Assembly: GCF_001194135.2 (NCBI RefSeq)
Contig: NC_068989.1
Location: 89,561,246 to 89,625,245, forward strand
DNA length: 64,000 bases
Origin: Octopus bimaculoides
Lineage: Eukaryota
Direction: 5' to 3'
Both the position numbers and the translations under genes were made by a program. A model generated the notes under the pieces. It saw nothing but the letters and a program-made list of their open reading frames with translations. It was not told where the DNA came from and ran no database searches. Shown here in pieces: positions 1-14,313 of the stretch (position 1 is the stretch's first letter; each line of letters starts with the position of its first letter).

Positions 1-869
1 TACTTCATCTTATTCACTGCGAAGCTCTTTTGCTTTATTTACTCCTGAAATATTTCAAAGTAACTTCCTCTTAATCGTTAAAAAAAAGGTCCTTTATTAA
101 TCTATTTTAAAGATTTTTTTTTCATCAATAATTCTAAATAAATATTATGTTTTTGCGAAGTCCACGCTATTTAAAAATTATTTTCTTCTGTTTATTCGTT
201 CTCTATATTCGGTTTTCTTTAATTTCCTTTCTGAAATTTTTTTCAAGAACTGTCTCGAGCAATGACTTCCTTTACCGTGAAGGTCACTTCCGGATCACCC
301 CTCTACTGATGATATTATCAAAGATATAAAGCATGCTAGTTTGACCTGACACAATAATACTTATAAATATATTACTTTTTACTGCAAATCAAGCGAAGCC
401 CTTACAACCACATATTCACCTTGTAAAGATATGTTTATATAGCGACTAAGGAGAGTGTAGCCTTTTTAAATGGTCGTCTGTTTGGTATGTATTGTTTCTC
501 AATATATATATATATATTTTTTTTTTTCGTTGCACAACTTCACCCCGCCATGCACTTTCAGTATATATATACATATCTAAACTATGTTTGCAATTATACA
601 TGGATATAAAGGGATAAACAGATATTGATAGATTATTTTTCGGGAGTGGGGCTGGCCTTTTTCTTTTTTTTTACACGCTACTTGAACAGGGACTTTTCTC
701 TTTTGAACGACCGACATTTCAGTTGTATTGAGATACACACAAGATGTTCGGCTTTATGATTTCATCGAGGACAGGAGTAGAAATCAATTATTATTATTAT
801 GAAAAAAAAAAACAAAAAAAAACTAACTCGTCTCTTTGTATCGTGTATGTACACATAAACGAGCGCGTT

Positions 870-878
<9 letters not shown>

Positions 879-944
<66 letters not shown>
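879..944. repeat. (AT)n microsatellite; similar arrays at 3466-3531, 50628-50692, 46676-46702, plus many (CA)n, (GA)n, (ATT)n, (TAG)n and (GAT)n tracts
   Basis: Read directly; these produce the [18 protein letters not shown] pseudo-ORFs in the track. Confidence 0.95.
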
Positions 945-948
<4 letters not shown>

Positions 949-3461
949 ATACACACACGCACATTCACTTAAAGATATGCTTGCATATATATTTACATAG
1001 CTGTGTGTCTATGCGCCTGTTCATGTGGAGGGTATGGTTGGTTTGTAGTTTTGGATCCAGGGCATCAATATTTGTGTTTGTAATTCTCGACTTGACGCCA
1101 CGTGGGGTTGTCAATAGCAAAATCGAAGTAGCATGTGTGTATGTGCGCGCGCACAAACACACATATATGCCGATCCACATATATATACATATATATATAT
1201 ATATATGCAGATGGATGTGGTACTTAAGTTGAAGCACCAGAATTTAGTACGGTATTATCCATACAATTTCAAAGTAAGGTGATTAAAATCAAAATAAGCA
1301 ACAAAGATATCCAGAGGTATCTGGATATCCTTGTTGCTTATTTTGCTATATATAGTTAATAAACACTGGAGCGCCGGAGTAAAAATGCCTGAGCAGTACG
1401 AGTTCAAATTTCGGTGTTTGTGTAATGGAAGATGAAAATAAAATAAAAATTTTAAGCCCTACGTCTATTGTTTATTGTGGACTTGCAAAATAGACCACTG
1501 TTCTATTTATTATTATATGCTGGTGTTTGTTTTAATCCACAGGGATCTTATAACTTTTGTCTCGGTGTAAGCAATCTGCTACTCTTCTGTGGTCTTCTGC
1601 TGGTTAAGTTGACATCGTTAGAAATGTTCGCCTGCCTAGCTATATTTAGTTGTTTCTTCACACTCTAAATTCAAATCCCACCGGTGTTGCCTTTGCTTTA
1701 GATTCTTCTCAGGCCGATAAAATTAGAAGTACCATTCATACACTAGGGTAGAACTTAAGCAACTACGTTCCATCATTCCAGAATATGGGGTCTGTGCTGA
1801 TTATACTAGTCATCATTATCGTAATGGGTGCAATATAAATTTGAACCCAAATCGTCAGAGGTTCAAGGGTTGTGGTTACTTTATTTGTTAGCTTTTTGTT
1901 AAAAAAATTTGTTTATATTTCTTTATAATTACCCTCATAATAGGTCTTGAAGCGTCACACCTCAATCGCATTGTTTAGTCTTTCAGTTTACGTTTTTTTG
2001 TTTGTTTTTTTTGTTTAGCCGAAGTCTAACCGTAGTTAGAGCAAGGGCTTAATTAGAGAAAAGAATCAGTTGTTTAGCTTTTACTACCAGTGTTTTATGA
2101 TACAAATTGATCCAAAACCCTGTTTTCGGCGTATGATGGATAATGCTGTAATAGACAAACACACCAGAGTTGTTAGTTTCTCTGTGCGTGTTGTAGATGT
2201 GAATTTCAAGACTTCATACAACAGCTACAAAGCAATATGAATGTCAGTTTTGGTATTTTGTATGTAGAATGAAATCTAGAGCGTCTGAAAAAAAATGCTT
2301 TGCGGCATTTCTTCCGGCTCCTTAGGTTCTGGGTTCGATTTCCATTGAAGACAGCTTTGGCTTTCATTTCGTCCCTGGGGTCGATAACAAAGTACCAGTC
2401 AAGTACTAGGGTCAAAGTTATTGATTAACCCCATCCCCTCACAATTGTTGGTCTTATGCCTTAATTAGAAATATTGGGGGGGGGGATAAAATAAAGTACC
2501 AGTCAAGTACTGGGGTCGATGTAATCGACTTTGCTTTTCATCCATTCGGAGTCAATAAAAAGTACCAGTTGATCACTGGGGTCGATGTAATCGACCCACC
2601 CCTTCTCTTGAAATTGATGATCCTGTGCAAAAATTTGAAATCACCATCATCGTTATTATTGTTCTTGTTATGGTGGCGAGCTGGCAGAATCGTTAGCACG
2701 GCGGACGAAATGCTTAGCGGCATTTCGTCCCGCCTTTACGTCGGGGTCAGCTTTGCCTTTCAGTCTTTCGGGGACAATGAAATAAGTACCAGTTGATAAC
2801 TAGGGGTCGATGTAATTGACTTATTTCTCCCCGCAAAATTTCAAGCTTTGTATCTATGTTAAAAAAATTTTCAGAATCGATGTGCCTTGTAGTGTTTAGC
2901 TACGCCCTTGTGCGATCTGAGTTCACTTCCCGTCGGAGTGAACTTTGCCATTCACCTTCCCTAGGGCCCATAAAATAGTTCCATTCAGTTATTTAGATCA
3001 GTACAATTGAAATCTCTTTCCAATTAGCTCAAATTTCTAGTTTTGTACCTTTATTAGCGACTACCACAAGCGTGTTATTTAGGGCATTGTGGTTGGCAGT
3101 CATTAAAATTTGCGTCCCATACAGAATTTAACGAAACAAGATAGAAAGAGATAAATAAAATGTTTGTTCTATTTAGCATAACCTAAATAGGTTATACTAA
3201 TAATTCTGTGTATGTGTGTTGTTAAAAAATTAGTTAATGTTTTGTCCCGCACCCAGCTCAGCTCCGAGTGAGTGTATATACATACATACATACATACATA
3301 CATACATGTGTGTATGAAAATGCACTCGTATATCTGTCAATAGAGTGTGTATATTAATCGAAGTGTATAGTATTATATATCCGTTACGGTCAATCTTACC
3401 CAATCGCTTTCGCGCTTGGGTAAGATCGGCAGTAATGGATATATAATACTGTATGCTTCGA

Positions 3462-3534
<73 letters not shown>

Positions 3535-6500
3535 ATTAAAATGGTACAGCCATGACTATCTCGTCTTTCATTGTGGCATTGCATATCCAAGACTACTTTA
3601 TTCAGTGTCTCATTTTTCCCCCCTTTCATAATGGATGGATGTGATCTGAAGGAGATTTGGCTGCTATTTCTAGCTAGGCGAGCTAATAAAAATTATTGTT
3701 TTGGTTGATGCGCGTGGCAAAACATCGACAATGTCCACAGTAGTTGGATCATCCTTGATCCAGGATAAACTTTAAGGGCGTTTTAGTCGTGACTATCCCG
3801 CATACATATTCTCGAGACAAAGTTTCGAGAACTTACTCTATGCAACATTATTATTATTATTATTATCATTATTTTTAATGACAGTTAGGGTGCGATTTGA
3901 GGGAGATCTGTTGTTATTTCTAGCAGGCTGTGCTCCAGCATAGGAACTTACCGGTCCGTCTCAATCGATGTTACATTCTGTGTGATGGGGGTCGGGGTGG
4001 AAATAAAAGAAATGAAAAATGTTTTTGAGTCTCGTCGAAAAAGAATCGTTGTTGAATGACATACTTAATGTGTCACACGAAATGAATTCAGGTCTTTACT
4101 GAGATCAAATCGTGTTGGGAATCGATTTTTCTCTCCCCTTCCAACCCCCAATCCCCTTGCGAACCTTATGAAATAAAAACAGGCACGCCTCAACAAAGTC
4201 GGTCATTAGCTCCATAACGCTACTTAACTCGAGAAACGACGTAATACGAGAAATCATTTTTCTATCTGTACATATTTTCACATGTAATTTTGATTATTAG
4301 GTACTTATTAAAAAAAAAAAAAACATGCTTGCTGAGACCGACGTAAATTTGATAAATCGGCTGAAGTTGAGGTTTTTTGTTTTTTTTATTACCAATTATT
4401 TCTTTAGAAAGAAAAAAACGACGTAAGTTGAGGTATGTCTGTACCAGTCTTATACTTGTAACTTTATGTAATTCATTACAATTCCTCCACTCAGAGAAAA
4501 AAAAAAAGTTATTTTTCTTATGTCAAATTTAAGTATTAAANNNNNNNNNNNNNNNNNNNNNNNNNNNNNNNNNNNNNNNNNNNNNNNNNNNNNNNNNNNN
4601 NNNNNNNNNNNNNNNNNNNNNNNNNNNNNNNNNNNNNNNNNNNNNNNNNNNNNNNNNNNNNNNNNNNNNNNNNNNNNNNNNNNNNNNNNNNNNNNNNNNN
4701 NNNNNNNNNNNNNNNNNNNNNNNNNNNNNNNNNNNNNNNNNNNNNNNNNNNNNNNNNNNNNNNNNNNNNNNNNNNNNNNNNNNNNNNNNNNNNNNNNNNN
4801 NNNNNNNNNNNNNNNNNNNNNNNNNNNNNNNNTTAACACAAGAAATTATTTTATGAGACTTCGCTAATAAATAGATAAATGGGGGGGACGGGGACAGTGA
4901 TTTTTAATTCACAGCATACAATTATTAAACATTCATAATTGGAATGATTAAATAAAATTGAATATTATTTATGGAATTTTTATTTACTGTCGGCTGACTC
5001 TTGGCCGACCCTATATATATATATATATATATATATCCCCTGAGGAAGGGCATCCAGCTGTAGAAACTCTGCCAAATCAGACTGGAGCCTGGTGTTGCCA
5101 TCCGGTTTCACCAGTCCTCAGTCAAATCGTCCAACCCATGCTAGCATGGAAAGCGGACGTTAAACGATGATGATGATGATATATATATATCCCCTGAGAT
5201 AAAGTCAGACATTTAACAGAAAATGTAGAATTTTGTGGCGTTTTCTTTGTTTTGTTTTTATGATGTAAAATATAAAAATTTTCAACAGTTTACCAAGCAT
5301 AGTAAATACCATTATTATGAGAATTTTCATCATTAAGATGCTTTGGTTCTTGAAATGCCATGTAACAAAAGCACTCAAAATCCGTGAGAATTCTTACATG
5401 GTCAATTGACCTGCTAGAAACAAAAGTCAGTTTACCCTCGAATCACCTTCTACAGCCTTCATAAAGAGAGAACATGTTATAGAAGTGTAATTTAAATACA
5501 TTCTTTTTGAAAAAATGACGAGAAGTGTATGGAAAGAACGCGTCTGGCTAGTTATCGACATCAGCGCTGGAATCGATTGTCAGGCCGTATATATTCCAGT
5601 TTTTTACGTTTTGAGTTCAAATCACCCCTAGGTCAACTTTGCCTTCCATCTCTCTAAAGTCGAGAAAACTGAATACCAAACAATTACTGTGGTTGATTTA
5701 AACGACTAATCTTCCCCCTCCCCGGTCACTAATTTCTGGTTGTTAAAAATTCTTTGTCATAATAGCTTGGATTCAATATAAGCCTCGCGGGCGTTCTGAG
5801 TTCAGTTTCCGCCAGAATGGGCAGTGCTTTTTCCTAGTTTCGATAAAATTAAATGCCAATCTGGTGCCGGGATCAATATCAATTGGCTTTCTATCTCCGG
5901 TCTTGTGCCTGTATTAGAGACCACCTCTCGATTTCTCGCAGCAAAGAGGAAACAGAAAACTCAAACAGTTACTAAAAACTCTCGATTGACGTGATTAAGT
6001 TGAGCTCACAACATTACAATTTAAATTCTGTGCTGGGTTTTATTTAGACCATATGAAAGTGATTTTACGTAACACCTTTATGAAAAAGTCCGCGAATTTG
6101 CAGTCTGTTGAGCGCCGAATGAAATGCCTCGCTGTGATCGTTTCCACTATCTGCTTACTGAGTTCGAATCCCACCTTTCATCCTCTTGGGTTTAAAGGTT
6201 AACACTCATGGTGGCTTGTTTGTTTTCCTATGTGTTCGTTCTGTTGTCTGTAAACAAAGTCCCTTTTGTTTTTATGTCCCCGTTCATTTTTCTAACGTCC
6301 TGTACCCGGATATGCATCTATATATACATGTAGATGTAGGTATGCACATATATGTATGTATACATGCATATGCTTATATATAATTTGTATTATTAACACT
6401 CATGGTGTTGGATTGGTGGCGTTGTAAGAATGTCGGACCGGATGTCTACAAGTATTCGTTCCTATTCTTTGCGTTCTGAATTCAAATAGCCCGTGTGGTT

Positions 6501-6689
6501 GGTATATTTAATCCGTTGCTCGGTTTTAAGGACACCACCTTGCACTTTCGGTACTTTTATTGGATTCCCGTCTGTTGCAAGCATTTAGACAAGGTCTCGG
6601 GTTTTACGAAAGTTACTTCCCACTCGTCACGGAGTAAAGGATTATGACCACCGCCTTTCCGCCAAATCCACCCGTTCATTTTCTCTGCA

Positions 6690-6880
6690 ACTCTATTCCT
6701 AGCAGGGTCAGGTATCTCCTCCGTATGACCCCTATCGGAAGGAACCTTCAGTACACGTTCCTGCTGGATTCCCAAGCGCGAACAACTCTAAATATTGTCC
6801 AACCATCTCGCTCTTGGTCTACTCACAGGTCACCTGCCGGTCGGTTGGCAGAGGAAGAATTTGTCTTCCCATCTTAAAAT
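6690..6880 (-). mobile_element. RTE-clade LINE ORF2 C-terminal remnant
   Basis: Translates to GR*PVSRPRARWLDNI...LGIQQERVLKV.SDRG, an RTE-type G-R-P-x-x-R-W motif with stops. Confidence 0.65.
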
Positions 6881-7730
6881 GAGAGTGGGGGTAGATCAGA
6901 TAAACATAAATGGCCAACTATCACTTTCACCCAGGATCATTCATAAAAAGCATCTTCTGTATACATTCCCTCGTCAGACCGTGTTGGATATTTTTTTTAA
7001 CTGTTTAGTGAAAGGTTCTTTTGTTAAGATAGGAAACGTGTCTTTCTTTAAAAAGGTTTACTATCAAAAACTAAAAGTATTCGATAAGAAAGTAAACCAT
7101 TTGGAGCTTTCAGGCGAAAGCATGAAGGAATTTATTCAGTTAAAATGGTGGATTGAGTTGAAAACAATAACAGACTGTATTTTCTTTATGAGTCTGAATT
7201 AGAAACAGGGATATCTCGATACATTTAGCTTTGAATCCATTCTTCCAATCATATCAAGCTTCTTAAAACAGAATTCCCTATAAAAAATAATATTTTTTTT
7301 AATGTTAAACTTGTCTGCTGAGCGCTTGCTTCAATGCCATGGTTCTAGTACCACATATTGTGCAAATACCGTCACCAGAGGGATCTTTGAATTAATGTAC
7401 TTGATATGGGCATAAATAATAATTCTTTCTAATTTTGGAGGGGAGGGGGACAAATCAATTATATTGACGCCAGTGCTTTGGCTGGTACTAATTTTATCGA
7501 TCCCCAAAAGATAAGAAAAGTTGACGTCAGCAGAATTTGAACTCAGAGAGAGAGAAAGCAGATAAACATAAAAGGCCAACTATCACTTTCACCCAGGATC
7601 ATTCTTAAAGAGCGTCTTTTGTATACGCTTCCTCGTTAGATCCTAAATCAGTCGGAAGAAATGCTACAATTGATTTTTTTCCGATGCTCTAACAATTCTG
7701 CCAGCTCGCAGCCGTAATAATAATAATAAC

Positions 7731-8053
7731 AAGAGCAGAGAGCGCAAACCTTCGCCAAGACAACAACAACATCCTCTCAACCATTAGCCAGAGATGATTT
7801 TTTAAATGAGAATACTAAACATGAATCCGACCGCTCTCAAAAATTAACTTTAAAAAAACCGTGAAGATAATCCAGAGTTCTTGTCCGGTGCCGGATCGAT
7901 CCCAAAATGTAATCAGTTCGTGCCAGTCTCGAGGCCAAACATCCTTGAAACTTTCATCCGAATCCATCCAGCGGTTCTTGAGATATCTTGTCTACGGACA
8001 AACAGACAAACACGACTGAAAACAATACCTCCACCTTCACTAAGGCGGAGGTA
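7731..8053 (+). mobile_element. Helentron/DINE-1-like non-autonomous element (HINE-like)
   Basis: Body ...tttcatccgaatccatccagcggttcttgagatatc..., GACA-type microsatellite, 3' hairpin ACCTCCACCTT-CACT-AAGGCGGAGGT (8027-8052); second copy at 58036-58382. Confidence 0.6.
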
Positions 8054-11000
8054 ATGATAATAGTAGTTATAGTAGTAGTAGTAGTAGTAGTAGTAGTAAT
8101 AATAATAATTGTTGGTTTGGGGAAAGAGATTAGTTCGCTAACCAGTGTAGATGGTTAAAAGATCCTATCACTTCGATTTTTTTCTTTTGGACTCTAGTTT
8201 GATACCGGATCCAGTTTTGAACGTAGTTTCAGGTCGAGGTCATTTCGAGAAATGTCTGATAATGACAATTCTTGTAATTATCAATGCCAGTATTTGGTTG
8301 TTAAGAAGTTGGATGCGTTGAGTTAGGGCATTTTACACAAACAAATGATAGAATTTTTAATTAATTAGTTAGTCGTATCCATCCCACCCCCAAATCACTC
8401 CAGCAGAGAACAAAAAACAAAAAAAAAAAATTCTTCTGCTGCCGCCAAAGAAAATAATATTGATGCAAATGCCTTTTATTGAGTTACGTCCCTTAGTGAT
8501 CGGATATCAACTCTCAAGGTCTACTGTACGTGTCGCCTTTCATGGGGTTTGTAAAATAGATACCAGTAATTCACTGAGATTTGCCTTATAAATATGTGGC
8601 CATTGTCTGTCTGTTAGAAAAGTTTATTATTAGGAGGTCGGATTAAATTTGTTGTGATATTTCTTCTGTCTCTGCGTTTAAGTTCAAATTCCGCCGAGAT
8701 GAATTTTGCTTTTTCGGCGTCGAAAAACGAAATTTCCTGTCGTCCAGCCCAGTGGTGTCTTCCTGATCTTTATTTTCTCAGTTTAAATCTCACCAAAGTC
8801 AACTTCACTCTTCATCCCTTCAAAGTCGATGAAATTATAGTACCAGTGAAGTATTGAGGTTGATTTAATCTGGCTTTTGTGTCAGATTAAATTTGTACCA
8901 GTCGGTTGCACCATACAAACTTCCTCGTTTAAAATGATCTAAATTAAAATCTTCCTCCAAAACTTCAATTTAATGTTTTAAACACCATCTTCATAACGAA
9001 GTAATTCTATTAAATAATTGGTTATTTTCTAACTTTATTGAAACAATGTAAATCAACAGTGTTATAATAAAGGGGAGATATAATATCAAAGTCTAGTCTT
9101 TGCTGTGATGTTCACACTACTGTTGCGCTCTCTCTCTCTCTCTCTCTCTCTAAGTGTGTGTATGTGTGCGTGCAATAAATAAATACTGAAGTAGATTTAA
9201 TCGACAATACTCCTTTGACTATTATGAATTTTTGTATTTTATACTCGTAACTGTTCCCAACAATTTGGGAGTTTATGGTCGATAATAAAAAAAACAACAA
9301 AAATATTATTACTACTATAGCATTTCTTTTTTATTTATGTCCGTGCTTTAGTCAATTACATATAATGTGCGCGTGGATTATAATATACATGAGCGAGGTT
9401 TTAAGCTCGTCGACAGAAGGCCTCTATTTTGTAGTTATTGTTAGTCGTCACTGCTGCTACTGCAGATCGAGGGAACACCCTCTCCCCCACCTCCTACTTA
9501 GTTTGTATCTTATATTCTAGTGTAAGAGTAATGTAACACACGCACACACACACACACACACCACTGCATACGGCAGACATGTGTGAACATAGTTTTATTG
9601 CTGACCGAATTTAAACTAATACGAGTTCGGTCTCAGCTGTGTGTGAGAGAGAGAGAGACAGAGCGAGAGAGTTATGTATCTTCCTGTTATAAAAACAATT
9701 TAAGATCGAAAATGCATTTTGACTGTTTTGTAAGTTGGCGGTGGTGATGGCTAATCTTGTTTTTTCTTATAAGTATTAGGTATGAACGAGTGTCTTAACT
9801 GGTTGTTTAAAATTAGTTTGCATTTTCGTTTTAAGCGTTTTAAATATGTATATGTACAGAGAGATAGCTTGTTTTTTATCATAATTTTCCATTGAACTGG
9901 AGGATCATTCAGTAACTATTAGAGTACAAATTAATTATTCTCTAACAAAAATAGTATTGGCTGTGACTTAACCCAACCATCCTCGGACTTAACCCAACCA
10001 TGGCCACTCTGTTTTTTATCGTCGTTATTAAGCCAAATGTCGATTTCGTTCATGCTCAAGCAGTTTTTGAAACAACTGTTCCAGTCGTGACCATCCAATT
10101 TATTATTATTGTTGTGGTTGTTAAGATGGCGGACACCCAACAGAAAGTATTAAAGCGTCGAAAAAGATCTGATATTATTTCTTCCGACTCACTTACATTC
10201 TGACTGGAGATTCCTTTCGGGGTCGATAAAACGGGTACCAGTTGAGCTCTTGGATGAATGGAATCGACTTCTCCCTCCCCTCAAAATTGCTGGCCTTGTA
10301 AAGAATCATTATTATCATTATTAAGGCGGCGATCTGTCAGATTGGTCAGCTCGCTGGACGAAATGCTTAGATCAACTTTGCCTTTCATCCTTTCGGGGGG
10401 TCGAGGAATTAAGTACCAGTGAGACACGAGGGTCGATATAATCGACTAGTCCCCTCCCCGCAAATTTCAGGCCTTGTGCAGAAAGGATTATTAACCCCAC
10501 CACCCCGTTCTCCTTTTTAAAAGGCAATAAAGTATTTTGTCGAGATATTAAGACACCCCCCCCCCCNNNNNNNNNNNNNNNNNNNNNNNNNNNNNNNNNN
10601 NNNNNNNNNNNNNNNNNNNNNNNNNNNNNNNNNNNNNNNNNNNNNNNNNNNNNNNNNNNNNNNNNNNNNNNNNNNNNNNNNNNNNNNNNNNNNNNNNNNN
10701 NNNNNNNNNNNNNNNNNNNNNNNNNNNNNNNNNNNNNNNNNNNNNNNNNNNNNNNNNNNNCGAAAGGGTGAAAAGAGACAAAGACGACCCCGGCGGGATT
10801 TAAACTCACAACGTAAAGAACCGGAAGATATGTCGCTAAGCATTTTTCCGACGTGCTAACGACTCTGCCAGCTTACCGCTTTGTGTTTACGATGATAATG
10901 GTTGATAAATTAGTAAAAAAAAAAGCGAGTTTTTGGAGGGCTGTGGCTAAAGTCGATTTTTATCGATCCAGTATAGAGCCGATGCGTTTATTATTATTGT

Positions 11001-12929
11001 TGACCTACAGGCGAGTATTTTATTACATTGGCACAGGGCCACATTTTCTGCTTGTAGGCAATTAAAACTACTTTTTTTCTTTTTCTCTTTTTCCGTATCT
11101 AAAGAAATGAACACACAATAAACCTCATCAAGATTTCAAAAGCTTAAAACAATACAACTTCTGTTATGCTCCATCGGTTCCGCCATTACTTCTCGCCTGG
11201 GAACAGGCCACGGAAATGGAAATAAAGTCATTTTAGTTGTGCCTCACTGATTCTGTCGTCACGTAAGCACCGGTTACAAAAATCGTTGTCGCAGTAAAAT
11301 TGTATCAATCCGAGTGAATGACTGATTGGTGCCTATTTTATCGATCTGATAAGCAAATTCGGTCGTCACGGTTGGTTGCAACGCAAAATCACGAATCCGC
11401 ATACGCAAGAAAGAGTACGTTCTCGCCCTACCTGCTAGAAATAACAGTCAAATCTATCCATATTTTATTGTCCTACAAAAAAAACAATGCGGTCTTGGAA
11501 AATATGTATGGTCACTGTTTTAACGTCTTTTATCATAGGTATTGTTTGATCAGTGCCGGCTCTTCAATCTACTACCGGCGTGTGTGATGCGTACACATAC
11601 ATTATATATATACTCACACACGTGTCTTGACATCGCGTGATTGCTTGTACTAAAGTGACAGTAGTTTACGAGTGTCCGTTTCCAATCTTCCGTGAAAACA
11701 TGTCCCTCAGAAAGGGCATCCGTCCGTAGATAATCTGCCTCAATAAACTGCGTCCAATCCATGCAGACATGGTAAAGTTGGCGTTATGATGATGCTATGT
11801 GTGTGTGTCTGCGTGCACAGTCGTCTGAATAAACGGCAACGTGAAACAGGGCAACGAATCGAGAAAACTTCTGCTTCAAATGAAACATACTAAGTCTATG
11901 TATTAAGTATTTTTATCTTCTTTGTAAACAGTGAACACTTGGGTGCCTGTTGTCTTATATAAATATAATTTTTCCCCAAAATAAACAACTTCATGTCTAT
12001 ACTGACAAAACGTGACTAGAGATGGCTCCCATTTTTCCAAGCTGTTGCAATTTTCTTTCCTTTTGTTTTTGTTTTTTTTTTCTTTCTTTTTTTTTGGGTC
12101 AAAAGAAATTTAGGTTGAAATGAAACGGGGATTTTGTCTTATGTGTGAGTCTGAATAAGACCTCCAACTTCGATAAGATTTTAATTTTCAATTTTGTATG
12201 TTGTACACATTCTGTTATAATCCTTATGGATAACTGAATACAGTGCAACAGTGTAAATAACAATGCAATCGAAACAAACGGCAGTAACCACACGAAACTA
12301 GAATAGCTGTCCCTACTTCATGTGGTAGGGAAGGGGTATTGAAGTGAAGAGCAAAATATATATTTTTTTAAATAATAAAATCCAGCACGCTAACTCGAAC
12401 TATGGAACTCGCGCTAGCTCCCTCACTTACTCAGGCAGCTACGATTTATATGTAGTGGTCCAGTCCATTCTCGCCAAGGGGGACATCGTACGCGCGTACA
12501 ACACACACACATGCATACACTCAGTAAATCCTGCTCGCATATACATTCATTTATTCATCCACAGCGCGCAGTTGCTTTATATCGGTGATCTCGTACAGAT
12601 ATGCATATACACGTGTAATAAATAAATATCATACAGCATATCAATATAGTGGTATGAAACGTGTTCGCGCGCGCGTGTGTGTGTTTGTAAGTCGCGCGCA
12701 CATACACGCGTCTATTATTTTTTTAGGAATTACGATCCTGATAGATTTTTTTTTCTTTTTTGCACCAAAAGCATTTATTTTTTTAAATATATTTTGCTCT
12801 TCATTCCCTTGACCCTTTCCTTCCTCATGAAGTAGGGACAGCTATTCCAAAGCTGCCCCCATACATTCGCACGCGCATACGCATAATCTTATGTGTCGAT
12901 CAGCATCTATGGCCAAGCTGGGGCACCAC

Positions 12930-12962
<33 letters not shown>

Positions 12963-13626
12963 ATACACACACACATCACATATAAATATGGATATAGATA
13001 CACACACACATATATATATACTCACATGCATATATACATATACCTATATATATACTCACACTGCATAGACGCTAGACGCATACACACGTGTGTATACATA
13101 CGCATACAAACACACGCATACACGTGTGTTTGTGTGTGTGTGTTCCCGCCCTATAGCAACCGTCGTTCAGTTTATGTCTCTCACTGTAGTTAACGCAAGC
13201 TACTCCGACTTCCCCAAAGTGTGGGGAGGGGGTTCTCTCTCTCTGCTACTAATCCTCTTATCTGCTTTTCTAATATTAGTCCTCACATATTTCATTAGCC
13301 TCTCACCACCTCCCTTTAAAACCTGCTTTCGTTTTTTTTTTACTTTTTTTCTTTGTTATTCTTAATGGATCCCTCTCACTTTGTATTGCTATTATTAACA
13401 ACATAACTACTATTGCTACAACTAGCACTTCTCCCTATCACATCTCTGACTACTGCTGCAATTATTAGAGCTTGTTATCACTCCTACTATTCCCACCGCT
13501 ACTGCAACTGCTACTCCTGCTACCACTATCTCGGATCTGATGGTGTATCTTTCCTTCACTTGAAATGATTCACACACACACTAATATATATATNNNNNNN
13601 NNNNNNNNNNNNNNNNNNNNNNNNNN

Positions 13627-13660
<34 letters not shown>

Positions 13661-14313
13661 TGTGTGAGTGAGAAGGCAAGCATCCATCTCTCTCTCTCTC
13701 ATTATAAAACTCAACGAATGAAGATGTATAGCAGCAACTCTATGCGTGTCCGTTTATAATCAAATGGGTTCTAGCCGTGATCATCCAGGCTCTTTTTTCT
13801 GTATCTATGGCTACATTATTCAACGAGTCCTTCTTTAAAGACGCTTGATTTTGATTTGATGGGGACATAACTAACATTTCTAGCATAGTGAGCGGCAGCG
13901 TAGGGTTTCCACCGTTAGCTTGTCGATTTTGAAGTTAATCGATTGTTCAGGTTGAGTAAATATAATCAGACGTTCCAACCGTGGCCATGTCATTTTTTAG
14001 GGATGCTGTTGTACTACATCATCCTGTGTCCATTTTAAATAAGGGAATGTGGTAAGAGGCAAATTTGGCTGCTATTTCTAGCAGGGCGGTTGACCGTCCC
14101 TTGAGGTGGTGGTGATGGCGGCGGCTTCTCCTTGCTTGACTGCACTAAAACAGCCGCTAGAGTTTCACATGGATAATGACTGCCATCACGTGCGAAATAT
14201 CCGATTGGAGAAAGACTAACACTCTTTGTTGTATGAAGTTTGTTGTGGTGGTGGTAATATTGAGCTCCAGGCCAGCCCTGATCCCCCCTACGTAAGGGCC
14301 ATTTCACTGTAAC

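Noticed and set aside
744-1237. ORFs with [12 protein letters not shown] or VCVCVC runs here and at 3416, 50536, 56178 and elsewhere
   Set aside because: They are translations of (AT)n and (CA)n microsatellites, not genes.
10126-10203. aagATGGCGG start giving MADTQQKVLKRRKRS as an MSL1 first exon
   Set aside because: It stops after 25 codons, is flanked by SINE pieces, has no coiled-coil pattern and only a weak donor.
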